This document shows, piece by piece, positions 36,952 to 46,838 of a DNA stretch of 64,000 nt. Origin of the DNA: a virus; the IMG/VR virus record IMGVR_UViG_3300035661_000025, positions 32,401 to 96,400 of that record; one strand, 5' to 3'. The notes under the pieces were generated by a model, which saw only the letters and a list, made by a program, of their open reading frames with translations, was not told the origin of the DNA and searched no databases. How positions within the stretch are numbered: position 1 is the first letter of the stretch; each line of letters begins with the position of its first letter. Made by a program: the position numbers and the translations under genes.

Positions 36952-37917
36952 TTATTTTTGCCAAAAAGTTACATAGTTAGCTTGTGCTGCGGCTCGTTGT
37001 TCTGAATTTCCACATTGTATTCTTATTCTATCAGTCATTACATAACTGATACAGTATGAAATATCATCACTGTTAACTGTTCCTGCAAACCACATATTTC
37101 TAATAGAAGGTATTACACCCTTGAAATGATCCATTGTGTATCCAGTAGGTGGAAATACATCTGCATAATTTTCTTCAGTAGATTCTGGTTGATAACCTAC
37201 TTTACTAGTAAAACCTCCGCTACATACAACCATACCAGATGATACAAATAATGAACTTCCTGGTCCAGCTGGTCCCATTGGACCTTGAGGACCTTGAGGT
37301 CCAGCAGGTCCCATTGGCCCTGGAGTAGATGAACCTCCACTAAATCCAATCAACGCAGTTTTTACAAATTCAGTGGTAGCCACTTTAGTAGAATTATCAC
37401 TAGAAGGTGGTGTTGGAGCTGTTGGACTAACTGAAAATGATTTTTGCCCTGAAATTGTTTGATTGGTGCTCAATGTAACAAAACTATCAGTGTCAAATGG
37501 AATAGTAATATCTTGAGAACCGTCAAACATAACACCATTTATTTTTCTACCTATTTTGAATTTATCTGTAGTTCCTGAGTTTCCAGATATATCCGTAATC
37601 AAACCATCTGAAAAAGTTTTTACACCAGTAAACGTTTGAGGTTGTGTATTGATAGCCACACCATCTAATGTTTGTGCCGGGATAATAATATTTTGAGTTC
37701 CGTCAAAAGCTACACCATTAATAGTTCTTGGAGTTTGTAATTTTGTAGCAGATGTCGCATTTCCTACTAAATTACCTTGAATAGGTGAAGTGAATGTTTT
37801 AATACCAGCAATTGTTTCATCTGTGGTTTTATTAACCTTCGTGTTATCAAGATAAGTTAAATTGGAATCCATTTCTTCATAAGTTAATGCTGAACCTTTA
37901 GCAGTTCTTAAAATCAT
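36952..37917 (-). CDS. tail fibre protein with collagen-like segment
   Basis: ATKLQTPRTINGVAFDGT, PTAPT...NST.VATT.FV, (GPx)n. Confidence 0.85.
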   Translation of the reverse strand: MILRTAKGSALTYEEMDSNLTYLDNTKVNKTTDETIAGIKTFTSPIQGNLVGNATSATKLQTPRTINGVAFDGTQNIIIPAQTLDGVAINTQPQTFTGVKTFSDGLITDISGNSGTTDKFKIGRKINGVMFDGSQDITIPFDTDSFVTLSTNQTISGQKSFSVSPTAPTPPSSDNSTKVATTEFVKTALIGFSGGSSTPGPMGPAGPQGPQGPMGPAGPGSSLFVSSGMVVCSGGFTSKVGYQPESTEENYADVFPPTGYTMDHFKGVIPSIRNMWFAGTVNSDDISYCISYVMTDRIRIQCGNSEQRAAAQANYVTFWQK

Positions 37918-37943
37918 TTAGAAACCTTCCTTATGTTTTGTAA

Positions 37944-37955
37944 TATTTATAAATA
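37944..37955. promoter_or_regulatory. overlapping divergent late promoters
   Basis: Palindrome TATTTATAAATA. Confidence 0.7.
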
Positions 37956-37974
37956 GAAATAAAAAGGTTCAAAT

Positions 37975-38259
37975 ATGAATTTGCCCGAGTTTTATATAGA
38001 AAAAAATAATTTTTACAAGAAAGATGATATTGTTTATGAATTGATTTATCAAAATGACCAGTTTAGTATTACTTTAAAGCACCCAATAACTTTCACTGAG
38101 GAAGAAAATACTCAATTAGACACTAGAATTATAGATACCGATTATTTTAGAACGTATTATCCAAAAATATCAGAAACATTTCCTAGCGCTAATTATAAAC
38201 AGAAAAAACTAGTCATAACACATGCACTTAATTCATTAAAGGCATTAGCTGGAGAATGA
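37975..38259 (+). CDS. hypothetical late protein
   Basis: AAGG RBS, late promoter. Confidence 0.6.
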   Translation: MNLPEFYIEKNNFYKKDDIVYELIYQNDQFSITLKHPITFTEEENTQLDTRIIDTDYFRTYYPKISETFPSANYKQKKLVITHALNSLKALAGE

Positions 38260-38501
38260 ATATGAAATTTGATGATAATATTAGTTCAGTAATTTATTTT
38301 ATTGAAGAAGAATTTAATTTAGAAGAATATCTAGATGTTATTTTCTCAAGAAATTTATCAGATGATGAATTTGAGAAACAAATATTTGAATATGTAGATA
38401 TGATTATATTAGAAATTTCAAATACATTACATATAGAGTTTGACGAAGGAAAGGCTCTATATGATGAATATTTGACTAGAAATATCATTGATATATTATA
38501 G
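38256..38501 (+). CDS. acidic hypothetical protein
   Basis: GGAG RBS, ATGA overlap. Confidence 0.6.
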   Translation: MNMKFDDNISSVIYFIEEEFNLEEYLDVIFSRNLSDDEFEKQIFEYVDMIILEISNTLHIEFDEGKALYDEYLTRNIIDIL

Positions 38502-39042
38502 TAAAAATTCCTTCTATAGATGAAAATTCTTGAATATCAAAATCATTGAATTTAAACATATGATTTTCATTTAATTCATTGAACCCGAGCAATATATCAT
38601 TATCAGAGTATTGAAGTTCTTTTTGTGATATTAAACTCTCCGCGCCCTCTTCTCCTGAATAATTGTTTATTTCAAAAACTTTACCTTCATCATCATACAT
38701 CAAGTAATATGCATAAAAACTATTTCCTCGCTTTTCTTTAATTTTAAACAAAATTTCATCTTTATAAGTCAGCTGAAAATAATCACCATTGTCAGCCAAT
38801 AATCCAGTCATTTTGGAATTTGTATAAGATGGAGTGAAAACGATTACATCATCTCTAATAATTTTGACATATTGAAAGCCTGAGATTTCTCTTGAGTTCA
38901 AAAAAGGTATAGATGCATCTATACCTAAAAAAGGCATTTGGGTGGATGGTATTGAATCATTGAACGTAAACTCTATAGATGTATTTTTACCTTCTATTTT
39001 AAACAAATTTAAAGGTACTGAATAATTAATAATTTCAGTCAT
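38485..39042 (-). CDS. hypothetical protein, YD-repeat-like
   Basis: YDDEGKVFEI, YSDNDILL; TAATG coupling. Confidence 0.65.
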   Translation of the reverse strand: MTEIINYSVPLNLFKIEGKNTSIEFTFNDSIPSTQMPFLGIDASIPFLNSREISGFQYVKIIRDDVIVFTPSYTNSKMTGLLADNGDYFQLTYKDEILFKIKEKRGNSFYAYYLMYDDEGKVFEINNYSGEEGAESLISQKELQYSDNDILLGFNELNENHMFKFNDFDIQEFSSIEGIFTIIYQ

Positions 39043-40565
39043 TATTTATCTCCTAGCTCATAATATTCGCGTAATTTTAAATCATCTGTATTAATATCAA
39101 AATCTAATGTATATTGAGTGTATTCTTGAACGTCATTATCTTTATCATATATAACTTGACCTATCTCCAACTTGCCATAATTATCATAAATTGAAGCAAT
39201 TTTATTATCTTTAGTCATTTTGAAAGAATATTTACCTGATTTAAACTCACCTACTCCGGCGCTATCATGTTCCACAATTAAAGTTCGATCTAATGGATTA
39301 TATGGATTTCTATCATAAACAAACGTGTTAGCCCATATAGGTTGATCTGTTTTGTTATAATAATAAGTTTCAATACTAGAAATCAAATTTTTAGAATAAA
39401 AATATTTAATATAACCTAACTTAGTCAATGAGTCAAAATCATGTATTCCCAATGTTACAATTTTACCTCTTTTATATTCTGGAATAAACTTATATATGTT
39501 TACTCCTTTATAAATGTATTCTATTTCAGAAATATTTGGTTGTAAGCCTAACATATCTATATTATACATAAACAAATTAGAAATAGTTCTATCTGGTGTT
39601 ATAATTCCAGGAACCACAAATCTATTTACGAATGATTTAGTTACGTTATATTTGAAGTTAAGAACAGCTTCGCCAAATATCGAACTTTTCTGTAATTTAT
39701 CTCCTTTAAATCTAAATGAAGTTATATCATTATTAGAGAATGTCAAGTAGTTTTTATTAACTTTGAACCATAAATTTTTTGAAGTTGTTATTTTATATAC
39801 AGAACTTAACTCACCTACGGAATTATATTGTAATTCAATTTTTTTGTAAGGTGTTCCCGTGCTAGTAATATATGCTACTCTATCATTAGAATAAAATAAA
39901 CTAAAGCTAGCATCTAAAAGATATTGTTCGTTTCCCAAAGGTGTTTTTCTTAATGAGTATTCATCTATTCGTATAAGAATATCATCAGAATTATAAATGT
40001 AGTTTACCCTAAAATTTAGATTATTGACTTGGTCATAACCCAACACATTTAGTATTTTTCCATCGTAATATGTGGGAACAATCTGTAGTGACGTATCATA
40101 ATTTCTTATAAGATCTATCTGAGCTTGTTTTCCTCTACAATCAATATTTTCTAAATTATATTCTCTTAAAATACTAATAGGTATTTTATTTACTATTTCT
40201 CTTTCATCATGAAAATGAAATAATTTCTCTTTTCTTCCAGAATGATATTCAGATTCTTTAGATATAATGGATTTTCTTACATAAAACTCATTGTAATCAT
40301 CACTATTGGCTAATTTTACTATAGCTTCTTTTTTATCTTTATGTAAGATAAATTTTATAACTTCATCATTCACATCTCTTTGAAACGTAACTATAGGCTC
40401 AATATTAGAGGTTCTTTTATCTGATACATTCAATATTTTTCCATTAAGGAATTCTAAATCATATTCTACAGAATCCAATCCTGGCGCTATTCTAGACATA
40501 CTAGTTATATCATTACCAGTTTCATCATTACCAGTTTTGTTGTAAATATAAACTCTTTGTGCCAT
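39042..40565 (-). CDS. YD/RHS-like repeat protein
   Basis: YNSDDILIRI, YNSVGELSSV, YKRGKIV, YDKDNDV. Confidence 0.7.
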   Translation of the reverse strand: MAQRVYIYNKTGNDETGNDITSMSRIAPGLDSVEYDLEFLNGKILNVSDKRTSNIEPIVTFQRDVNDEVIKFILHKDKKEAIVKLANSDDYNEFYVRKSIISKESEYHSGRKEKLFHFHDEREIVNKIPISILREYNLENIDCRGKQAQIDLIRNYDTSLQIVPTYYDGKILNVLGYDQVNNLNFRVNYIYNSDDILIRIDEYSLRKTPLGNEQYLLDASFSLFYSNDRVAYITSTGTPYKKIELQYNSVGELSSVYKITTSKNLWFKVNKNYLTFSNNDITSFRFKGDKLQKSSIFGEAVLNFKYNVTKSFVNRFVVPGIITPDRTISNLFMYNIDMLGLQPNISEIEYIYKGVNIYKFIPEYKRGKIVTLGIHDFDSLTKLGYIKYFYSKNLISSIETYYYNKTDQPIWANTFVYDRNPYNPLDRTLIVEHDSAGVGEFKSGKYSFKMTKDNKIASIYDNYGKLEIGQVIYDKDNDVQEYTQYTLDFDINTDDLKLREYYELGDK

Positions 40566-41566
40566 TAATATTCCTCTCTAACTTGTGTTATATTTCCATT
40601 TGAGTCATAGTCATAATATAATGTGCTTATCAAATTTCTATCTCCATCAGTGTATTTAACATGATGAATCTTATATGGATCTGGAACAGAGTTAACAACT
40701 CCGCCATAATACATTATAAACTGGTTCAATATTTTAGTTCTAGAATAATTAAGTATTTCTATGTAATCAATATAAGGCTGATTAGTATTAGATGGTATCA
40801 TATAAAATTGTAAAGGACCTTGTTCACCCATATAAAAAGTGTTTACATACGGAAGATCTTTATTATAAACTACATGAATAAATCTATCATCTATTTCACT
40901 AAAAGAAAATGCAGAATGAATTGTAGGCTCAACGAAGTCAGGTTCATTATTTACCCAATCTAAATTATCATACATTCCATTAATTGCTAAAGTGTTATTT
41001 CTAGCACTAGCATAATCTGAATAATCCAGCTCAACATAATCTGATTGAGAATATAATTCTTCATTATAATTAGGGTTTACATTTTCATAAGTATTATCAT
41101 CCCAATAATCATGGCTAACATACCCTCTAGGAGTTAGCAAATGACCTGATCTAACATATTCCTGAATTACGGTATAAAATATTCCTTCTGTTAAGTATCC
41201 AGAAACTAAAGACCCTTCATATTTGACAGATAGATATGGTGATTCTATCATATTATCTCTATAATTTATGATAGACTCTAATATATTATCAGAGCTAAAT
41301 TTCATCAATTGTTTTTCATTAGATACCATACCTATTGCAGATTCAAAATCTGTATAGATATAATTATCAAAAATGTTTATTTCTTTTTCTAAGCTTAGAT
41401 AGCCACCATCTAAGCTTCTTATTTTTCGATTATAAACCTCAGTATCCGCATAATTATAGGAAACATATGTTGGTTCCACATAAAGTTCTTCAACAGGTCT
41501 ATAACTAGACAAAACTCCTGCTTCATATAAATTTAATGTAGAGGTTTCTAAATCATTGTATCCCAT
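40565..41566 (-). CDS. Tyr/Asp-rich protein with YD-like and YVxxDY repeats
   Basis: YDYDSNGNITQV; YVEPTYV, YVSHDYWDD, DYVELDY. Confidence 0.7.
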   Translation of the reverse strand: MGYNDLETSTLNLYEAGVLSSYRPVEELYVEPTYVSYNYADTEVYNRKIRSLDGGYLSLEKEINIFDNYIYTDFESAIGMVSNEKQLMKFSSDNILESIINYRDNMIESPYLSVKYEGSLVSGYLTEGIFYTVIQEYVRSGHLLTPRGYVSHDYWDDNTYENVNPNYNEELYSQSDYVELDYSDYASARNNTLAINGMYDNLDWVNNEPDFVEPTIHSAFSFSEIDDRFIHVVYNKDLPYVNTFYMGEQGPLQFYMIPSNTNQPYIDYIEILNYSRTKILNQFIMYYGGVVNSVPDPYKIHHVKYTDGDRNLISTLYYDYDSNGNITQVREEY

Positions 41567-41699
41567 TGTATATTATCCTCCTGGATATTGAATATAGCCA
41601 TCTTAATCAATGGCATAATTTTCATCGGAATGTAACTAAACAGATCATAAATCTAATGCATATGATACATCTACGTAATTAAATTACATACAGTATCTT

Positions 41700-43799
41700 T
41701 TACAAGCACATAGCTACATACTCAAAATCTGATGAGAAATCATCATCCCAATAGCTAGTGTCACATTCATCATCTGGACATGGCTCATAAATTGGGTATT
41801 GACTAACATAACCTTCTTTTGGAATTACATAATCATCAACTTCAAAATACCCTAACTTGTGATAACTATCTACAAAATCGATATATTTTATAGCGTTAGA
41901 ATTTTCTGAGTTAAAATATCCATCTTTAGTCATATATGGTTTAGCTACCATGATTTGATATTCAATATCAGGGTGTTCAAATTTAGATGATTCTCTTCCT
42001 AAAGTGCTAAGGAATTCAATTCTTTTTATGAAATTTCCAACGTAAACATCATTTATTTTCTCAAATACATCTACATATTGACAAATGCCATCTTTTCTAT
42101 AAAAAGGAATGAAGAAAAAATCAATGCCCCCGTTTTTAACTATTATGTATTTCAAGTAAGGTTGACAACCAGTTCCTTCAGCAAAGTTCCAATCATTTTC
42201 ATTCATAAAAAATCTTTGAACTTTAGGTCTATTATAATCATAAACATAATCTAATGAATTGTTTTCATCAATAAACACAGATTCTGTAGCAACGGGATCA
42301 TCTTTATCAGAAACACCATCAATTTCGCCAATGATACAATCACCATCACTAAGAAATTTCAATTCAATAGTTAAAGTATCTTCAAAAAATATCCCGTTTA
42401 TTTTAGAGCTAGAGTAACAAATTTTATACCAAAGAACTGGATTTTCATGTACATTGATATATCTATAAGCTTTATGAAAATAACCATTGTATTTTTTATA
42501 CTCTAAGTGAATATCAAAATTAATGTTTTTTCTATTCAAGAAGGTTTCAATCCTTCCTTTATCATCTCTAACAACCGTATAATATTTAGATATATTTTCG
42601 TCCGCATCAAAAAACATAACTTTATATAATTTTCCATTCAAATCATAATAATAATTCATTATACCATAATATGAATAATTTACTCCATCACTTTCTATAC
42701 GTTCAAAAATTAAAGAATCTATAAGATTATCTGGGCGATATTTTGGAGTAGCTTTTTGATATAAAATATCAATTTCATTGTAATATAAAATTTCTTCAAC
42801 ATGCTTATGTTTTTTATCGAAAGATAAAAAAGCGAGACCATAATCTGACATATCTGAGAATGCATTTACAGGAGGCTTATCTTCATTAATTAATACTTCT
42901 ATACGTCTAGAACCTTCTTTTTTTGCTCCAAAATATTGTTCGCATTTTATAGCTAAATTTAAATTAGCTGGTCCCGTAACAAAAGGTTTTTCAGCAAAGT
43001 AGAATATATTACAAGCTATAACAGTATTCCACTCTTTTTGATATGAAATTACTTTAGCTCTTCCATCAACGTCTGTACTGAATCTCATGTAAGAATAATT
43101 TTCTCTATCAAATCCTATCAAGAATCTTGAAGTATTTGTATAAGAGTAAACACATTTTTGAAAATCGACAACTTCACCATTTTCGATATATGATTGTCTC
43201 ATTTGAACATCATAAAGCTTACCATCTTCATCTGTATTCAATGACTCTATAGTTCTAACTAATTCAAATGTAGTTCCATTAGATGAAGTATATTCTTTAA
43301 CTGTTATGTTTCCATTGATATATTCATATGTCCATTTTTTTGTGGTTAATTTCGATTGAATGTCTACATATAACAAAGTATTAATTTGGAATTTATCTTC
43401 TAATTCATCATACTGAGTAATATATTCTCCTATTATGAAACCATTGTAAAATTTCTTAATAGATTTTATAAAACAAACATCTAAAGATTTATCAAAAGAT
43501 GCGTAATATAACATGTTTCTAAAGTTAGTAAATGGTATTATTTTCTTTTTAGTATTGTCATATTCAAAAAGCAATCCTATATTCAAACCGTTTTCTTGGC
43601 AAATTTCATAATGAACATTATTACAATTATATTCTAAAGGTACTACAGCTTCTTTAGAAATATTTGTATTTTTGTAGATAGGAGCTATAAGATTATATGG
43701 TTTGCTAGGTATTCCAAATACAGTAGCTAAGTCTGACGTGGCATTAAGGTCTCGGTACTCATATTCAAAAATGTGAACATTTGGACTCAAAATTTCCAT
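41700..43799 (-). CDS. large YD/RHS-like repeat protein with sheath-like N-terminus
   Basis: YEYINGNI, YYYDLNGKL, RDDKGRI; starts ILSPNVHIFE...DLATVFGIP. Confidence 0.7.
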   Translation of the reverse strand: MEILSPNVHIFEYEYRDLNATSDLATVFGIPSKPYNLIAPIYKNTNISKEAVVPLEYNCNNVHYEICQENGLNIGLLFEYDNTKKKIIPFTNFRNMLYYASFDKSLDVCFIKSIKKFYNGFIIGEYITQYDELEDKFQINTLLYVDIQSKLTTKKWTYEYINGNITVKEYTSSNGTTFELVRTIESLNTDEDGKLYDVQMRQSYIENGEVVDFQKCVYSYTNTSRFLIGFDRENYSYMRFSTDVDGRAKVISYQKEWNTVIACNIFYFAEKPFVTGPANLNLAIKCEQYFGAKKEGSRRIEVLINEDKPPVNAFSDMSDYGLAFLSFDKKHKHVEEILYYNEIDILYQKATPKYRPDNLIDSLIFERIESDGVNYSYYGIMNYYYDLNGKLYKVMFFDADENISKYYTVVRDDKGRIETFLNRKNINFDIHLEYKKYNGYFHKAYRYINVHENPVLWYKICYSSSKINGIFFEDTLTIELKFLSDGDCIIGEIDGVSDKDDPVATESVFIDENNSLDYVYDYNRPKVQRFFMNENDWNFAEGTGCQPYLKYIIVKNGGIDFFFIPFYRKDGICQYVDVFEKINDVYVGNFIKRIEFLSTLGRESSKFEHPDIEYQIMVAKPYMTKDGYFNSENSNAIKYIDFVDSYHKLGYFEVDDYVIPKEGYVSQYPIYEPCPDDECDTSYWDDDFSSDFEYVAMCL

Positions 43800-43816
43800 A
43801 GTGACCTCATTAAAGT

Positions 43817-43838
43817 TTAAGTTAAGTTATGATATAAT
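43817..43838 (+). promoter_or_regulatory. early promoter
   Basis: TTAAG-N8-TGATATAAT. Confidence 0.65.
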
Positions 43839-43885
43839 ATACTTATAAATCATAAATATTTTGAATTATTTATCAAAGGATCTAC

Positions 43886-44203
43886 ATGGAATATGATAAA
43901 GTTTCCAAAATACCTAGCTCAATAGCAGATGCCCGAAACATCATTGATATTTCTAAACGAAAAAACCAAATGATTTTAACATACGATATTAAGCAACATT
44001 TTTCTGACGACACTACCTCTTTAGAAGAGAAAAAAACAATAATTATAACTTATAACAAAAAAATTAAAAGCTTTGATGTACAAGTAGATGAAGAAGATAA
44101 TGTTTTCTTAGGTGTTGTTTTTAAACCTCCTTTTTCATTTTTTGGGTGGAGATTAACAAAGGATAATAATGCAGTTAACCCCTCATCAACAACTAATATT
44201 TAA
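43886..44203 (+). CDS. hypothetical protein
   Basis: AAGGA RBS. Confidence 0.6.
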   Translation: MEYDKVSKIPSSIADARNIIDISKRKNQMILTYDIKQHFSDDTTSLEEKKTIIITYNKKIKSFDVQVDEEDNVFLGVVFKPPFSFFGWRLTKDNNAVNPSSTTNI

Positions 44204-45485
44204 TGATATAATTGATGGAATAGATACGTCTCTAGGAATGGGTCAAAAATTCTTTGGATCTTTAACTGGACCCGCAGGAACAGGAAAAACTGTAATTTCT
44301 TCAAGAATAATTAAATATCTTTTAGAAAAATATCCTATGAAAAATTTAAGAGTTACTACACCTACTCACAAATCATTAAAAGTTTTAAATGACTATATTG
44401 ATAAAAGCATCAAAAAACATAGAAATTATTCATCAAGCACTATTCACTCTTATTTAAAACTGAAAATGCAAAAATTAGAAGATAGAATTGTATTGATAGA
44501 AGATTTTGATGATGGAAAAATGGATAAAACAAAAATTTTAATTATAGATGAAAGCTCTATGGTCTCTAAATCTTTGTTTGACCATATAAAAAACAAAGCA
44601 TTTAAAAGTGGAATAGATGTAGTTTTATTTGTTGGAGATAAGATGCAATTACCTCCAGTAGAAGGTGGAGAAAACCCAGTCTATGATTCTATAGATCAAT
44701 ATGAATTAACCGAAGTAGTAAGACAGGCTGCAGATAGCCCTATTTTGAAAAAAGCTACAGAAATTAGAATGTGTATAGCTAATAACAATTTTGATATGAA
44801 TGTGTTGAGATTTGATGAGTTTACAAATTCTTCTAATGGAATATTTCTTTATAAAGATATGAAAGAATGGCTTAAACATTACTTAGAAAATAAAGATGAC
44901 AAAATGTTATCTTCGTTTACAAACGATTCTGTTAATGCTTATAATAAATTTGTTAGAAATTATGTTAATGGTAGTGTAAATTTACCTAAATTGATAGATG
45001 GAGAAGAGGTAGTTCTTCAAGAAGCATATTCATTTGATAATAAATTTTTATCAAATGGCGATACTTTAACAGTATATTCACCAGTTTTAAATCATCACCC
45101 AGTATTAAAAGTTAATTATTGGTCATTTACTCCAAAAGAAGAAGATACTGAGGGAATTTTCGTTCAAGTCCTAGATGATGATTCTATTGGAGCTTATAAT
45201 GAATTATTAGACAAAATATCAACAAAAGCAAAAAAATTCAAATTTGAAGGTAAACACAAGGAAGCCAAAGAATTATGGGATAAGTATTGGGAAGTTAAAT
45301 CTATGTTTGTAGATGTAAAATACAACTTTGCCAATACCATTCATAAATTACAAGGTTCCAGTTACAATGATGTTTATCTTAATTTAAAAGAAACTATTGA
45401 TAATTCACCAGATAGAAAAATGTTATTTCATCTAGTTTATGTTGCATTAACTAGAGCTAGAAAAAATGTTTATCTTTTCGTTTAA
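44169..45485 (+). CDS. dda: Dda-like SF1B DNA helicase
   Basis: GPAGTGKT, TPTHKS, STIHS, IDESSM, GDKMQLPPV, VRQ, TIHKLQGS, YVALTRA. Confidence 0.93.
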   Translation: MQLTPHQQLIFNDIIDGIDTSLGMGQKFFGSLTGPAGTGKTVISSRIIKYLLEKYPMKNLRVTTPTHKSLKVLNDYIDKSIKKHRNYSSSTIHSYLKLKMQKLEDRIVLIEDFDDGKMDKTKILIIDESSMVSKSLFDHIKNKAFKSGIDVVLFVGDKMQLPPVEGGENPVYDSIDQYELTEVVRQAADSPILKKATEIRMCIANNNFDMNVLRFDEFTNSSNGIFLYKDMKEWLKHYLENKDDKMLSSFTNDSVNAYNKFVRNYVNGSVNLPKLIDGEEVVLQEAYSFDNKFLSNGDTLTVYSPVLNHHPVLKVNYWSFTPKEEDTEGIFVQVLDDDSIGAYNELLDKISTKAKKFKFEGKHKEAKELWDKYWEVKSMFVDVKYNFANTIHKLQGSSYNDVYLNLKETIDNSPDRKMLFHLVYVALTRARKNVYLFV

Positions 45486-45507
45486 TTGAACATTTGAATG
45501 TTCAATT
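45484..45507 (+). terminator. inverted repeat after dda followed by T-run
   Basis: AATTGAACATT-TG-AATGTTCAATT then TTT. Confidence 0.6.
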
Positions 45508-45617
45508 TTTCATTTTTGGAAGGTTTTATATTCAAAAATAAATTTTTTAAACTCACCTCAAAATAATTCTACTTATTTTTTCTGTATAAATATTATAATT
45601 CAATTAAGGCAATTATA

Positions 45618-46211
45618 ATGCAGAAATTCTCTCAGTTCATCACAGAAACTATTTCTTATGACCAAATTATAAAAGCTATAAAACTAAATAATCTAAACGG
45701 ACCTTTCCTTTGGCGAGGAGTAACTTTCAAATTAGATGATGATTTTGGTTTGAAAAAAGTTAGAAAAGATAGAGAATCTCTATCTAATTACTCTTATCAT
45801 TATGAATTTAATGAGCTGTTTTTCAAAAAATTTAAATCTAAATTAAGATCTGAAGCTGTTTTTTGTGTAAAAAATCAACATTTAGCTGCAGATTATGGAA
45901 CTCCTGTAATTGTTATACCTAAAGATAAAGCTAAGTTTTATCATTCGCCATTTGTTAAAGACTTAATTACATTTGATAAAATAAAATTAAATCTTCAAAA
46001 TAATGAGATTCTGAAAGATAAAAAAACCATAGAAGAAAAATTACAAGCAATAGTAGATACATATATTGAATATTCTGATATTTCTAAAATAAAAGATAAC
46101 AATGAAATAATGATATTATGTAATGAATATTATTATATTAATGTAGAAAATATGCCGTATATGCATACTTATGAGGATTTAGTTGATTATTTGGAGGAAA
46201 ATAATGTTTAG
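45618..46211 (+). CDS. late protein with capsid-targeting-like leader; possible ADP-ribosyltransferase fold
   Basis: TATAAATA 45585-45592; MQKFSQFITE; LWRG...RSEAVFC...A.DYG...NEIM. Confidence 0.55.
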   Translation: MQKFSQFITETISYDQIIKAIKLNNLNGPFLWRGVTFKLDDDFGLKKVRKDRESLSNYSYHYEFNELFFKKFKSKLRSEAVFCVKNQHLAADYGTPVIVIPKDKAKFYHSPFVKDLITFDKIKLNLQNNEILKDKKTIEEKLQAIVDTYIEYSDISKIKDNNEIMILCNEYYYINVENMPYMHTYEDLVDYLEENNV

Positions 46212-46692
46212 CTTCAAAACATATCTAGATGATTTGAACAATCAAGTGAATACTTTTGATTTAAATAAAGATTTAATAGAGACTATTATAGATCCTTGTA
46301 TAAAATACTCTAAACGATTAAAAAATAGAGATTTATTTTTTATAGAAACTAATTTTTCAAATATACAAGGTCCAGGTATAATAGTTAAAAACATATTAGA
46401 ACCAACTGAAGTTAAAAGAGAAGGTGAAAATGTTTTTATACCAATAGATTTATTTCAATGCACACAGATCGTAAATAATGAAGAAATCAAAACTTTAAAA
46501 ACTCTTGAAGAAAGTATTATAATGTTTGAATCTAATAATTATTTTATTTTAAACTTATCTAGATTATTTTCATTTATGAACAAGAGCAAATTAAATAAAA
46601 TAAAATCTATTAATGAAGTTAAAACATACAGTGATTTAATTTATTTTTTAACTGTATTTAAAGATTATTACAATTATAGGAGAGGAAAATGA
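46204..46692 (+). CDS. diverged paralogue of upstream gene
   Basis: MFSFKTYL leader; IMFESNNYFILN..KTYSDLIYFL vs IMILCNEYYYIN..HTYEDLVDYL. Confidence 0.6.
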   Translation: MFSFKTYLDDLNNQVNTFDLNKDLIETIIDPCIKYSKRLKNRDLFFIETNFSNIQGPGIIVKNILEPTEVKREGENVFIPIDLFQCTQIVNNEEIKTLKTLEESIIMFESNNYFILNLSRLFSFMNKSKLNKIKSINEVKTYSDLIYFLTVFKDYYNYRRGK

Positions 46693-46838
46693 ATGAAGAA
46701 ACTGCAGCTGCAGATATAGCAGGTGTTGACTTACCATTAGGTGATAAAAACAATAAATACAATCAGATAGTTAAACGCATTAAAAAAATCAAAAAAAGGA
46801 AACCTGATGCAAAGCAGATACAACAAGCACCTGAATGA
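46689..46838 (+). CDS. small basic protein (49 aa, not in ORF track)
   Basis: GAGG RBS; MNEETAAADIAGVDLPLG...KRIKKIKKRK. Confidence 0.55.
   Translation: MNEETAAADIAGVDLPLGDKNNKYNQIVKRIKKIKKRKPDAKQIQQAPE

Noticed and set aside
41570-41702. Stop-codon reassignment suggested by in-frame stops
   Set aside because: All three stop types occur here, and genes elsewhere are full-length under code 11 with TAA, TAG and TGA all used as stops
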